A stretch of 64,000 nucleotides of DNA from Candidatus Marinacidobacterales bacterium. GTDB taxonomy: Bacteria; Acidobacteriota; Vicinamibacteria; Marinacidobacterales; DATDRI01. Every line of letters begins with the position of its first letter. Within the stretch, counting starts at the first letter, position 1. Positions 38,081 through 50,238 of this stretch are shown here, in pieces. The stretch spans positions 224,001-288,000 of the forward strand of contig CBDCNP010000002.1 in NCBI GenBank assembly GCA_965219415.1, read 5' to 3'. Position numbers and translations under genes: made by a program. A model generated the notes under the pieces. It was not told where the DNA came from and searched no databases. It worked only from the letters and a program-made list of their open reading frames with translations.

Positions 38081-40510
38081 ATGGACGCTCTCTGGCAGGA
38101 CATCCGATTCGCTTGCCGATCCTTCTTGAAAACGCCGAGCTTTACGCTCGTCGTGCTCCTCACCTTGGCCCTTGGCATCGGCGCCAACGTGGCGATCTTT
38201 AGTGCAGTGCATACGGTGTTGTTGAGGCCACTCCCCTACCCGGAGTCGGACCGCCTCGTCGCATTCTGGTCGCGGTGGGAGAACGAGGGGACGTTGCGCG
38301 TCAGCACGTGTGGTGGAGACTTCCGAGAATACCAACGGCAAGCGACGCTCTTCGATGGCATAGCCGGCATCGGCTCCATACGACAGAACGTCACCGGGGG
38401 AGCGGAACCGATTCAGATCCAGGTGGGCTGGGTGACGCGGAACTTGTTTTCTGTCATGAAGGTCGAACCGATGCTCGGGCGTGCTTTCGAACCGGAGGAA
38501 GGCGCTCGATCGCTAGTGTTGAGCTACGGCTTCTGGCAAAGCTACTTCGCCGGAGAACGCGACATTCTGGGGCGCTCGGTCAACCTAGACGGCCAACCCT
38601 TTACGATCATCGGGGTGCTTCCTGCGGACTTCGAGCTTCTCATGGCCGCGAATGCCGGCATCTCGACCGAGATCGAGGCATGGAAACCTCCGGGTCCGGC
38701 CGCCAACCCGACGCGGTGGGAATCCTCCGAAGCTCAACAACTCGACGCTCCACCCCATCGCCCGCATGAAGCCCGGTGTGACCTTGGCTCAAGCACAAGC
38801 GGAAATGGACGGCATCGCAGAGCACTTGAGGAACACGTTGGCCGATCACGCCCGCATGGGCTTTCACGTGAGCGTCGAGCCTCTTCATCGCGAGGTGGTA
38901 GGCCACGTGCGGCCCACGCTATTGACGCTCCTCGGAGCGGTCGGCGTGGTGTTACTCATCGCCTGCGCGAACGTCGCCAACCTACTGCTCGTGCGAGCTC
39001 GAGGACGGCAAAAAGAAATCGCGGTTCGAGCTGCTCTGGGCGGCGCGCCGAGCCGCATTGCTCGACAACTACTTACCGAAAACCTCCTGCTAGGGGCAGT
39101 CGGTGCTGCGGCGGGAATCCTTCTCGGTTACGGGGGCATCCGGTTTCTGCTGGCGCTCCAACCCGCCAAGTTCCCGAGGCTCGAAAGCATCGCCATCGAC
39201 GGCACGGAGTTGGTATACACCGTGGTTGCCTCGGTCCTGGCAACGGTCGTTTTCGGCCTGGTCCCGACCTACCGCACCACACGTTCGAACTTGAACGAAG
39301 CACTGACCGAGCGGAGCCAAGAAGGAAGCTCCGGCGCTCGATCTCGGACTAATCAGCTCCTGATCGTCGCCGAGGTAGCCCTATCGCTGATGCTGCTCGT
39401 CGGCGCCGGCTTGTTGCTGCGGAGCTTCGTGCAACTACAGGAAGTGCGACCCGGGTTCGACACCGACGATCTCCTCACGTTCTCCGTGAGCCTCCCTAGC
39501 ACGCGCTACCCGCCGCCTCATGAGACGGCGGATTTCTTCAAACGCTTCGAGGAACGTATCCAAACGTTGCCGGGCGTGGTCTCGGTTGGTACGGTTTGGC
39601 CCCTTCCCCTCGAAGGACAGATTTGGACCGGTCACTATTCCACTCCCAGAGTAGCGGGTGACGACTCAAAGCCGATGGCCGATTACCGCCTGAGCACACC
39701 TGGCTATGCACCGACCGTCGGGGCCCGACTCGTCGAGGGTCGTTACTTGCGAGAAGACGACGGGGACGTGGTGCTTGTCGACGAGGAGTTCGCCGCGCTG
39801 AACTTTCCATCTGGAACCGCGGTGGGCCAGAAGGTAGAAGTGGCTACCGGGCCGAACTTTCAGGAGTATCGAATCGCCGGGGTCGTCGAGAACATCCGAC
39901 ATGCCGATCTGAAATCCGATGGTCGGGAGACCATTTACCTGGCTGCGCGCGCGTGGACGTGGGCGGATTGGGAGCTCGCCGTCGCGGTGCGGACGAAAAC
40001 GGACCCGATGAGTCTCGTCGCCCCCGTTCGCGAAGAGCTCGCTTCACTGGACCCACAGATCCCCATGGCCAAGATCCGCGCCATGGAGGACTATGTGAGC
40101 GACGCGGTAGCGCCGAATCGATTCGCCCTCATCTTGATCACCATCTTCGCCGCGGTCGCCGTGATTCTTGCGGCGGTGGGCCAGTACGGTGTGATTTCGT
40201 ACACCGTTGCACAACGAACGCGAAAGATCGGAATCCGCTTGGCCTTCGGAGCGCCACCAGCCAGCATCTTTCGCCTCGTCCTCGGCCAAGGATTGGGCTT
40301 GACGACTCTCGGAGTCGCCTTTGGCGTGGTGGGTTCGTTCTTGCTCGGCGGACTCATCTCGAGTCTTCTGTTCGAGGTCACCGCCGAAGATCCGCTTACC
40401 TACGTCGCCACCGCAGGGATTCTGATACTGGGTAGCGCTGGCCGCCTTGCTTTATCCCGGCCAGGCGGGCAACTAGGGTGGATCCCATCATCGCCCTCCG
40501 CTCGGAGTAG
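38081..40510 (+). CDS. ADOP-type duplicated ABC (MacB/FtsX) permease, frameshifts near 38725 and 40435
   Basis: QDIRFA.R...LTLALGIGAN.AIFS, VLLIACANVANLLL.R, E.A.RAALG, IG.R.A.GA; natural end DPIIALRSE* at 40510. Confidence 0.9.
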
Positions 40511-40547
40511 GCCAGGCGGCCAGTGCGCTCCACGCCTTGCTGGTTCG
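40486..40547 (+). repeat. 62-bp direct repeat, copy 1 (copy 2 at 42041-42102)
   Basis: catcatcgccctccgctcggagtaggccagg(c/t)ggccagtgcgctccacgccttgctggttcg; one mismatch between copies. Confidence 0.9.
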
Positions 40548-40558
40548 TGCACAACAGT

Positions 40559-40634
40559 GGGGTCGGATCTAAAACTGGGCATGCGAAGCGCCAGTTGGTC
40601 TGGTGCAAATGTGCCCAAAACTGGATCTGACCCC
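40559..40634. repeat. Small palindromic (MITE/REPIN-like) element
   Basis: Ends ggggtcggatc / gatctgacccc (10 of 11 complementary) with an inner tgggca / tgccca pair. Confidence 0.6.
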
Positions 40635-40646
40635 CGTATTATTTCT

Positions 40647-42029
40647 GGGTTTACGCGGATTCGTGTGGGTAAGTTCTGACGGAAAAACAGTGTAACTCAT
40701 TGTGTGGAAAAGGTATCGAGTACTTCATCAGGTGCTGAAAAGTGGTCCATTTTTAGGATAAGCTAACCGAGTGAAAAATTCCCAGTCGATCCGCTCGCTG
40801 TTTGCGCTGCCAGGTTTCGTGGTTGGTGCCGGATTGAAGGGTCTATTCGGTGACCGATACGCCCGCGTCATCCAGCTCAAGAGGCGAAAAAAACAGCTGT
40901 GTGCTCTTACTGTGGGCAACGGTGCCGGGGGCGCTATGACACAAGTGTGCCGGGTCCGCGACCTGTCGTTGGCAGGCTGGCGGATCTATCTGGAATACGA
41001 GCGTCGGCGCGTCAACTGTTCTGGGTGCGGCGGTGTGCATGTAGAACACCTAGACTGGCTGGCGAACAACTCGCGCTACACCCAGCGTTTTGCGGCGCAT
41101 GTGGGCAAACTGTGCCGGGATATGCCGAACAAGGCGGTGGCCGAGATGGAACGTCTGCACCACGGTACGGTGAAGGCTCTGGATACGCTCTACATGCAAG
41201 AGCAGGTCGACCGGGCGGGGCTACCGGCGCCTCGGGCCATCGGTGTCGATGAGATCTCCATCCGCAAGGGACATAACTATCGCGTCATTGTCAGCGACCT
41301 GGAGCGGGCGCGTCCCATCTGGGTGGGCGGTGAGGGTCGCAAAGAAACCGACATCGATTTGTTCTTCAAGGCGCTGGGCGGAAAGAAAAGCGCCCGTATC
41401 AAGCTGGCCGCCATGGATATGTGGAAGCCCTTCCGGAACTCGGTGATTCACAACGCGCCTAATGCGCGGATCATCTCCGACAAGTTTCATATCATGCGTC
41501 ATCTGTCAAAGGCCCTCGATGAGGTCCGGCGCGGTGAGTACAAACGCCTCAGCGGCAAGGACCGGTCGTACATCAAGGGGCAGCGTTACACTTTGCTTTC
41601 CCGGCGGGAGAACCTGAGCCTAGACGGGTCGCCGCGCACTCAAAAAGTTGCTCCAGGCCAACCGGCGCCTGAACACCGCCTATATTTTGAAGGAGGCCTT
41701 CGGGCAACTCTGGGATTACCGCACCGAACGCGGCGCTCGCGCCTTTTTCACCCGTTGGAAAGACAGCCTCAAATGGCAACGCCTGCATCCGTACCAGAAG
41801 TTCGCCGGTATGATTGAGTCCCATTGGGATGGTATCGCCTCCTACTGTCATCCGGAGAACAAAGTCAGTCTCGGCCTAGTTGAAGGGGTCAACAACAAAA
41901 TCCGTGTTCTGCAACGACGCGCCTACGGCTATCGCGACGAGGAATATCTCAAGCTGAAGATCGTGGCGACTTTCCTTCCGCTATTACCCAGAAATGCAGT
42001 TTTCAACCCACACGAATCCGCGTAGACCC
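40647..42029 (+). mobile_element. ISL3-family element, copy 1
   Basis: 24-bp IRs gggtttacgcggattcgtgtgggt / acccacacgaatccgcgtagaccc; 8-bp TSD ttatttct at 40639-40646 and 42030-42037. Confidence 0.95.
40771..42025 (+). CDS. ISL3 transposase, +1 indel near 41627
   Basis: IGVDE, MDMWKPF, DKFH, EG.NNKIR...RRAYGYR. Confidence 0.9.
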
Positions 42030-42040
42030 TTATTTCTTTA

Positions 42041-42102
42041 CATCATCGCCCTCCGCTCGGAGTAGGCCAGGTGGCCAGTGCGCTCCACGCCTTGCTGGTT
42101 CG
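42041..42102 (+). repeat. 62-bp direct repeat, copy 2
   Basis: Matches 40486-40547 with one mismatch; contains the end of the CotH ORF. Confidence 0.9.
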
Positions 42103-44037
42103 CACACGAGCTTTCACGATCGCGCCGCGACGAACGACGACCTCCTCTCGATCCCCGGCTCCGGTGAATGCACCCGACGCGACCTCCCCGCCGCTGACAC
42201 GCGGGTCTCGACCGTCGAGCGTGAAGTAGAGTGTGCCCCGGTCGTTGGGGTTGACGACGCCTACGATACTGCCAACCGTGCGCGTCAAAACCTGCGGTGG
42301 ATCGATCGCCGGGTAGTAACCCTCCCTTCGCAAGGCGTCGATGAACTGGTCCACGTTGCCCGTCATTTGCGCCACCACCCTCTCGACCTCCGGGACAAAC
42401 GTATCGTCGCGCGTACGAGTCGGCTCGCCGAAAGGCTTTCTCACATCTCCCCACCGCGCCGACTCGGCAACCACGGCATCCGCGATGAAGTCGGTCAGCG
42501 TCCGCCATCGCGCGATCGCGCTGGCATCCGTCAAGGGCCCGTCGTTGAAACAGTGGACGTAAACACGGTCCGCGAATAGGGTCATGAAGTCGGGATTCCT
42601 TCGAAGCGAATGCCATATCCCGACCATGTCGTCCGCATCGACCTCCTCTGTCGCTCTTGCCCGGAAACGTGGATGAACCGACGCCACTGATGTGCCATCT
42701 CGGGAAGCCCAAATTTCTTCGGCATCCCAAATAAAGAACCTCGCCGGGGCCGGTGGGTTGTTACGATTGCCGGCGTACCAATTGTTTTGTGGCCAATCTC
42801 GCATGCCGGAGTACCAACAAAGAATCAGGTAGTCGGCAAACTCCTCGACATCGATATACTCCTGCAGCTGCCGGTAGCGGGAACGCTTCGCCGCGTCTTC
42901 CACTCTCAGCGGTCCACGCAGATAGTCCCAGCGGGACGAATCGCCTTGAAATGGCCCGTTGTGTTTCACCGAAAAAAAATCGTACATGGCGCCACCGTAG
43001 TAGGTTGCTTGAAACCAAGCGTCCGGCCTCTCAGTGACGTTGTACAAACCCCAGTAGAGGCCGTTTAAGTATAGTTGCACGAAGGTACCGTGCGCGCCGA
43101 TGCCTGACATCGAGATCTGCGTGTCCCGCGCCCATTGGTCGCGCGTGTAAGTGGTGCGACCCGGGTGCCAGCGAGTCGCCCAGGAGCGATCTTTCCCCGA
43201 CCTCAGGACGATGCGATCGAAGGTCTTGGCGGCGGACTTACCGTTGAGGGGCGCATCTCGAAAGATACGCGAGTCCCACTTGCCCGCCCCATACTCGCTC
43301 TGGAACTTTAGCTTCAAAGCGCGTTTGACGGCCGACCAACTGTGACTCTCGAGTCCGACATCGACTTGAGTGCTTTTCTGCGGCTTCTCCGGGTAGATCA
43401 GTTCCATCGAAGCGGCTCGCGTGCTGCCTCGCCCTGTGTCTCCCCAATAGACACCGCTTTGCCGCATATCCAAACCCGCACCATCGGTTTCGACCCAACC
43501 AAACAGATCCTCCCTATCCAAAACGATGGAAATGGTGGGAATGGACAGCAGCCCCGCTCCAATCGCCTTGCTGTACCGCGGATCGGAAACCACGTTCGCA
43601 TCCATCCCGTAGTCGAGGGTGACTTTCTCATCCGACTGATAGCTGGTTCTCACCTTGGGGTGCGGAAATCCGGGCACGCTCGATGGCTGGTTTAGTACGT
43701 CCTCGATAAAGATGTACGTATGCGTGTCCACATTGCTCGAAACCAACCCCTCCTTGTACGCTATGGCTCGAAGAGTCGTGGTTCCTTCCACCGAAACGGT
43801 TACCGGGTTGGCATCACCCAACCCCCCGGTCGAGGTGGGCGCACTTCCGTCGAGCGTGTAGCGAATCCTCGCCCCCGGAGTCTTCGAACGGATCAAGACC
43901 GTGACGGGAGACCAGTAAAAACCGCGGTCGCTGCTGAATTGTGTATCCCGGACCGTTTCTCGCTCCGCCACGCCTTGCCCCATCATCAGGAAGGCAGTGG
44001 CGATTACCGTAAACAGACCGGCCGGGTCGTTTCTCAT
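42043..44037 (-). CDS. Exported CotH-kinase-family protein flanked by chitobiase/FN3-associated domains
   Basis: IRYTLDGSAP and LYFTLDGRDPR repeats; FVQLYLNGLYWGLYNVTER, DWPQNNW, FIWDAE. Confidence 0.82.
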   Translation of the reverse strand: MRNDPAGLFTVIATAFLMMGQGVAERETVRDTQFSSDRGFYWSPVTVLIRSKTPGARIRYTLDGSAPTSTGGLGDANPVTVSVEGTTTLRAIAYKEGLVSSNVDTHTYIFIEDVLNQPSSVPGFPHPKVRTSYQSDEKVTLDYGMDANVVSDPRYSKAIGAGLLSIPTISIVLDREDLFGWVETDGAGLDMRQSGVYWGDTGRGSTRAASMELIYPEKPQKSTQVDVGLESHSWSAVKRALKLKFQSEYGAGKWDSRIFRDAPLNGKSAAKTFDRIVLRSGKDRSWATRWHPGRTTYTRDQWARDTQISMSGIGAHGTFVQLYLNGLYWGLYNVTERPDAWFQATYYGGAMYDFFSVKHNGPFQGDSSRWDYLRGPLRVEDAAKRSRYRQLQEYIDVEEFADYLILCWYSGMRDWPQNNWYAGNRNNPPAPARFFIWDAEEIWASRDGTSVASVHPRFRARATEEVDADDMVGIWHSLRRNPDFMTLFADRVYVHCFNDGPLTDASAIARWRTLTDFIADAVVAESARWGDVRKPFGEPTRTRDDTFVPEVERVVAQMTGNVDQFIDALRREGYYPAIDPPQVLTRTVGSIVGVVNPNDRGTLYFTLDGRDPRVSGGEVASGAFTGAGDREEVVVRRGAIVKARVRTSKAWSALATWPTPSGGR

Positions 44038-44086
44038 AGGCTCACCAATGAGGCTAACATACCGATGGCAGATCGGAGAGAAGGGC

Positions 44087-46227
44087 ATGGACGCTGAGTT
44101 CGAAATCGGTGATTGGCGGGTCGACGTGCCAAGAAACCGGCTCTTCCGCTCTGACCATCCCGAGCACTCGGTGCGAATCGAGCCCAAGGCGATGCAGGTC
44201 TTGGTTTACCTCGCCCAGCACGCCGGAGAGGTCGTCGAGAAAGAAACAGTCGTCAAAGAGGTCTGGGAAGGCGCCTTCGTTACCGACGAGGTCCTAACCA
44301 ATGCGATCTGGGAACTACGCAAAGCTCTAGGGGACGACTCCAAGAGCGCGCGGTTCATACAAACCGTCCCGCGCAAGGGTTACCGGCTGATCGCTAACGT
44401 TCAGAAAAACGCACCATTCGCGCCAACGAGCATCGCCAAAATCTGGTCGCCCGCTATTCTCTGGAGCCTACTCGCGGTCGCGTCCATTCTCATCATCTTC
44501 GCGCTACGTGGTCTACAGCGGACGACGCCGCCGCCAGAGGTCGTTGCGCGCTTTCCGGTCGAGATAGAGGGCAACCTAGGCCCTCTCTACGTGCCAGCCC
44601 TGGCGCTATCGCCGGATGCCTCGAACATCATTTACGTCTCGGCCCCCGAAGATGGAGGTCGCCCCCGGCTATATCGGCGAGCGATGGATCAAATGACTTC
44701 CGCCCCAGTGCCCGGCACGGAAGGGGCTCTCGCACCCTTTCTCTCACCGGATGAAACTGGGTGGGCTTTATCGAGGGCGGCAAGCTCCGAAAAGTAAACC
44801 TCCTTGACGGCGGCCCTCCGATGGACCTCTGCGACATCGGCGCGCCTCGCGGTGCTTGGTGGGGCCCCGATGGCTTCATTTATTACACACCGGGAAGCTC
44901 GGGCGGCCTCCGGCGGATCTCGACGGACGGTGGCGAATCAGAAACCGTGACCGAGCTCGAGGAAACGAATGCGGAATGGACGCATCGCTGGCCTCAGGTG
45001 CTCCCGGGCGGGCAAGCGGTTCTCTTCACTGTCGGCGACGAAGACATGTTCTCCGGTTTCGACGAAGCGAAGATCTACGTGCAGTCCCTCCTGAACGATG
45101 AGCGTCGCTTGTTGATCGAAGGCGGCAGCTTTGCGCGCTACGTGCAGGGTCACATCGTGTACGTGCGCAGTGGTGTCCTGATGGCCGCTCGCTTCGATGC
45201 CGAGCGGCTCGAAATCGTGGGGCGGGCTCGTCCCGTGCTCGAGTGGATCAAATGGTTTCCAATCAACGGCACGGCACAGTTCGCGCTCTCGCACGATGGG
45301 TCCTTGGTCTACGTGCCAGGCGGCCCGGAATGGGAAGAGCCACGTCGACTGGTGTGGGTGAACCGACAAGGCGAGTCCAAACCGGTCACCGACGACACCC
45401 GCCTCTTCTATGACCCGGGGCTCTCTCCGGATGGGCGTAAGATTGCGGTGGCGATCGCGCGCGAGGGCAACACCGATCTTTGGTTGCACGACGTCAAGCG
45501 TGATGCCTTGAGCCGTCTGACTGCGTCGGGAGGTGAAGATCTAGGACCCTTATGGACACCGGACGGCCAGCGCATCGCCTATTACTATTCGATGACCGGA
45601 CCGTTTCAGATTTTCTCGCGAGCCGCGGACGGAAGTGGAGAGCCGCAGAAAATCCACGGCGGCGAAAACAGCCAGCGACCCGAATCTTGGTCCCCTGACG
45701 GCAAAGTGCTCGTCTTTTCGGAAAACGATCCCGAGACGGGCTTCGACATTTGGTCCCTTGCCATGGATGACATCGAGGGTAGTAAGCCGGAGCCAATCAT
45801 CAAGACCACGTTCGATGAACTACACGGAAAGTTATCACCGGACGGTCGTTGGCCGGCCGTACGTCTCGAACGAATCCGGGCACCACGAGGTTTGCGTCAC
45901 ACCATTCCCTGGGCCAGGCGCAAGTGGCAAATTTCGACACACGGCGGAGACAACCCCAATTGGACACGCGGCGGAAGGGAGCTTGTTTACATCGACGGCA
46001 GCAGGATGATGGCGGTATCCATCACCACTCAACCGGAACTGGCAGCTACCAAGCCACGTCTTCTATTCGAATGGCGTCAACCTCCGCGCCTCTTCGAGGG
46101 GCTCTACCGTCGTTATTACGACGTGTCATCCGACGGCGAGACTTTCTTGATGGTACAAGGCGGCGAGCGAGAGACGTCCAAGCAACTACATGTCGTGCTC
46201 CATTGGGGGCAGGAGCTCCAGAACTAA
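44087..46227 (+). CDS. Winged-helix (OmpR/CadC-type) regulator fused to PD40/TolB-like beta-propellers, frameshifted
   Basis: IEPKAMQVL.YLA...VWEG.FV...LT.AI.ELRKALGD...FIQTVPRKGYRL; one hydrophobic helix; repeated SPDG/TPDG blades. Confidence 0.88.
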
Positions 46228-46243
46228 CAGACCAACGAGTACG

Positions 46244-48427
46244 CTAGCGACCGTCACCAATCAGCACGAACCCCGCCCAGCAATAAGGATAGCGGCGCGA
46301 CTCCCCAGCACTTCCCCTCGCCATGGCCGCTTGAGCCTTGGACAATGCACCCGCAGCGGTGCTCCCCGACGCCAACTCCTCGTAGAAACGACTCATCAAC
46401 TCACGCGTGGCTCGATCTTCGACCGGCCACAACGTCGCGATCACGGTGCTTGCGCCCGACTCGAGGAAGGCCCGAGCCAAGCCGACGACGCCCTCACCGC
46501 GCTGCGGTATGACGCCCACCGTCTCGCAAGCGGCGAGCGTCACCATAGCGCCCGATCGTAGCGGAAGTTCTAGAACTTCGTAACCCGTCAAGACGCCATC
46601 CTCCGGATCTAGTGGAGCGAGTAGACTCTCCTCAAGCGCCCCCCGCGCACCCGTCAACAAGAGGGAGGACTGAAGTGGAGTCACCGGATCCACGCGCGCA
46701 TGCGTGCCGAAGTGCACGATGTCATAGCTGCCGATCCGACGACGGACCGCGGGCTCATTCGCCTCCTCTCCGATCAAAACATGAGACCCGACGAACCAAT
46801 CTTTCAATTCCCTCGCCTCGATCTCCGCCTCGGCGAGGGGACGTCCGGACGCATTGGGTTTCGCGACCACCAACGCCCGGCCTCTCGAAGTCGCGGATCG
46901 ACGGTCGCGCAAACGCACGAACGCCGATGCGCTAGGTTCCAACACCAGCTCGTGTGACTCGCCCAAGTATCGACTTCGCCCGCCTCCCCGTAGAGCCGCC
47001 CACGGCAACGCAAAGAGAATACCGTCGGGAACGATGACCGTCGTGCGAGCATCCGCCAGTAGTTGCCCCACCGGTTCCAAAAGCATGTACGACAAGTTCC
47101 TCTGCGCATCGGAGTAGAGCTCCGTCCATCCCTCGGTAAGCGGGAAAGACGCGGTCGTGTCGCCGCCAAAGATTCGCACCAGACGATCGAGTTCTCTTTC
47201 GTCTACTTCCTTGACCGACCAGCCGGAGAGTCCCTCGGAGTCGAGGACCAGAGTGGCGAGCCATCGGGACGTTACGGTGTAGTGGATGAGAATTGTTCCT
47301 GGCTCGAGAGCGGCGACGACACGGGATAGGGGCTCAGGCTCCCCCACGCCCGGCAAGATCACGTCAACACTCCCCGCCCCACCGCGCGTAACCAACGCTC
47401 CCGATTCGAGTGAGTCGAGTAAGGCCCGCCCGCGCGAACGCTCCAAGAGCCCGAAGGCCGTTTCTGGATCCCGGCGCTCCGCAAGGTGGACCCAGGCCAG
47501 ATCTTCGTAAATGGATCGTCTGGTGGCTAGGAAGCGAGCTCTTTCTTCCTGCGACGGTGAGCTCGCTCTCAGCGTCTCGATCGTCGCAACCGCAACTTCC
47601 AAGGCTTCGATGGCGGCATCCGTGTCACCCTCGGCGAGTGTCAGCTGCGCCCGGCGGCGCGACGCTTCCGCTCGCTCGAGCTCGGTTCCGAAACCCTGCG
47701 CCAGCTCCTCTGCTTCGGTGATGGCCTCCCGAGCCGCGCCATCCTTTCCGTCGGCGAGATGAAGATCTCCCGCGATGAGGAGTGCCCCCAACGGGCCTGT
47801 ACCGCATCTCGATCGGCCTTGCCGCGAGTCAGCGCCAAGACCTCGCCCACCACGGAAAGGGCCTCTGCCGATTCACCTGTATCCGCCGGCCTCCTCGGCG
47901 TCACCCTTCATCCAAGCCGCGTCGCCCAGGAGGTGAAGCGCGCGCAGTTCGCTCCAGCGGTCGCCAAGCCGTCGTGCAGCGTCCAAGGCGGCCTGTGCAC
48001 GGTGCGCCGCGGCGGCCATCGTTTCGTCCTGATAGGCGGTCTCCGCGTCCTGCAGCAAGACCTCAATCTGCAGGACTTGTTTCGCACCCGAGGCACCACG
48101 CCGCTCATACCATTCGGTGAATCGCACCAGCGACGGATCGCCGAGACGCTCGTCGATCGCTAGAGATAGGCGCTCGGCTTGCTCGAACTCTTCCGTGCCA
48201 TCCCGTTCCCTAGCCACCGCGGCGAGCCCCTTGGTCCACAGTTCTTCGACGACCCGTCGCGCGTCCAGCGGATTCGCTTCAACGAGCCCTTCGAGCTCGC
48301 CGTTCTCCGTCAACGCCTCGCGAAACCGCCGCTCCGTCTCGTCCGTCCGCTCGACGAGTAGCACGAGCCCGGCGACAGACACGCCCCACCCCGTGAGCAA
48401 GAGTAGCGGGAGGACTCGAGAACTCAT
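46244..48427 (-). CDS. TPR-CHAT (caspase-like) protein with an N-terminal hydrophobic segment, frameshifted near 47800-47880
   Basis: ERSRGRALLD, IVPDGIL..LPW.AL, HFGTH (catalytic His), DGVLT..E, LAACET (catalytic Cys), GEGVVGLARAF..SGA, LWPV.D, WAGF.L.G. Confidence 0.88.
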
Positions 48428-48491
48428 TGGACAGGCAGGTTAAGGCAGAGTGCCCCGCTACGGCAAGGGGCTAGACTATGCCGACTTCGAA

Positions 48492-50160
48492 CTAAGAGAC
48501 GGGTGTCTCTTTCTTTTCCTTGAGTGGCCCGTCGCGGAGGGACTTAATGACCTTGAGGGCTTCGATCGAGCGGCGATCGGGGATCATCATCTTGAGAGCC
48601 TTGCGAATCAATGCGTCGGCTTGCGCGGCATGCCCCAGCTTGCCCTCGATCAGACCGGCGTAATAAACGGCCAACCCACATTCGGCGTCTAGCCGCACCG
48701 TTTCACTAAGCGCCACCAGACATTTATCCGAGTCTTCCGGCGCATGGAGGAAGCGACAGTATGCAAGCTCCGCCCGGTACTTGCTGTTTCGGGAATCACA
48801 ATCGTAGGCAAGCTCCAGCTGGTGGAGCGCCTCAGTGTGGAGGCCCCGCCTCATGAGAGCGCGTCCCTTCTTGAATTGCAGCTCGGAATCCAAGAACTCC
48901 TTTCGGAGGGCGGTGCGCGACTCCACCTCTTTCCGCTTATTTTCCAGGAGCCGGTGGCGGCGGGCGATCAGCAAGGTCCGACGTCCCGGGTCGCTGAGCT
49001 CCCCGTAGGCCCGCCCTCCCGCCAGGTATAGATCTTGGACCCTCTCCAGCAGATGAGCGAGTTCGTCATTCAAAAACCTCCACGGCGCGAACTTCCGGGC
49101 GAATTCGATGTATTTCTCCTCGACTACATTAGGAGAAGCAGTCTCGTCCGCCACCCCCAGTAGGTCGAAGGCATCGAGCTCTCGATACCGCAAGTAGATC
49201 TCCATCACCTCGTTGGCGACCCCTTCAGAATCTGCCGCTTCTTCCGTGGTCGAAATCCGCGTCCATGCCGCCGCCGATCGAATCGGCTCGGTGTCGGCCT
49301 CCTCTTCGATCTCCTTGTCGACGTCAGGCGGCACTTCGAGTGGCTGGGTTGCCAAAAGGCGCAGTGTGGATTCCCCCGACGCAGTTTCTTTCCTCTTCTC
49401 TCTCGTCTTTCGGGGGTATCCATTCTTCTGGCCTCACTACGCCGATCACCATGAGCGCATAGAGGAATCGGATGAGCTTCTCATCTGGGATCGGCGACTC
49501 GGCTTCGAGTTCCTCGATCGTTTTGCCATCACGAAGTCGATCGATGAGATCTTTTTGGTCCGGAGTGAGACGGATATCCGCCAACCAATAAGGAGGCCTC
49601 AAATCCAGCGAGAGCTTGACCTCTCTCAATGGATCCATCGTGTCCCGAACCTCGTCTTCCAGAGCGAAACGTGATACTCCCGTGACAATCAGCTGCGCGG
49701 TCTTGATCTTGAAGGGCGACTCGACCTGCTCTGGGCCCTGGAGAACCCGAAAAGTACCGCTCCGCCAAGTGAATACATGGAGCAGTTTCCTTGCAAGAGT
49801 CTGCTGCAGAACACGGAAGAGCTCCGAGGGTGTGATCAGGGCGTGCCCGATGAGGATCTCACCCAAGTGCCGCTCGCCCGAGACGCTCTGGTTCAAGCAG
49901 TGCTGGCGCTGCTCGTCGGTGATCATGTTGCGCTCGACCAAAACTTGACCGAGGGTCTCGTGAAGTAGGTTGGAACGGCATTCCACCGGAACACCCTGCT
50001 CGAGGACGACGACTTTGGTCACCGCATTGCGGGCAAGCTCCAAGACGGCCGAGCGGCGAGTCACCGCCATCGCGTGAAGCAGTACCGCGAAAGGGATCTC
50101 GGTCAGATTCCCTTGCGTCACTCGAGCGATGGTCTCGAGTTGTTCGGGCCTCGGGATCAC
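48492..50160 (-). CDS. DUF4388-like domain plus degenerate J-domain plus TPR protein, frameshift near 49380
   Basis: GNLTEIPF..LL, LGEILI...LI, F.W..G.F; AFDLLGV...YIEFARKFAP (J-like, lacking HPD), AYGEL.DP; TPR-like C-terminus. Confidence 0.65.
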
Positions 50161-50238
50161 CCCTACCCCCCCCTGTCCAAGAAATTTCCCAGAATGTCCG
50201 AAAATGTCCGATCTCTTCGGATCTAGATTCGTTTTAGC

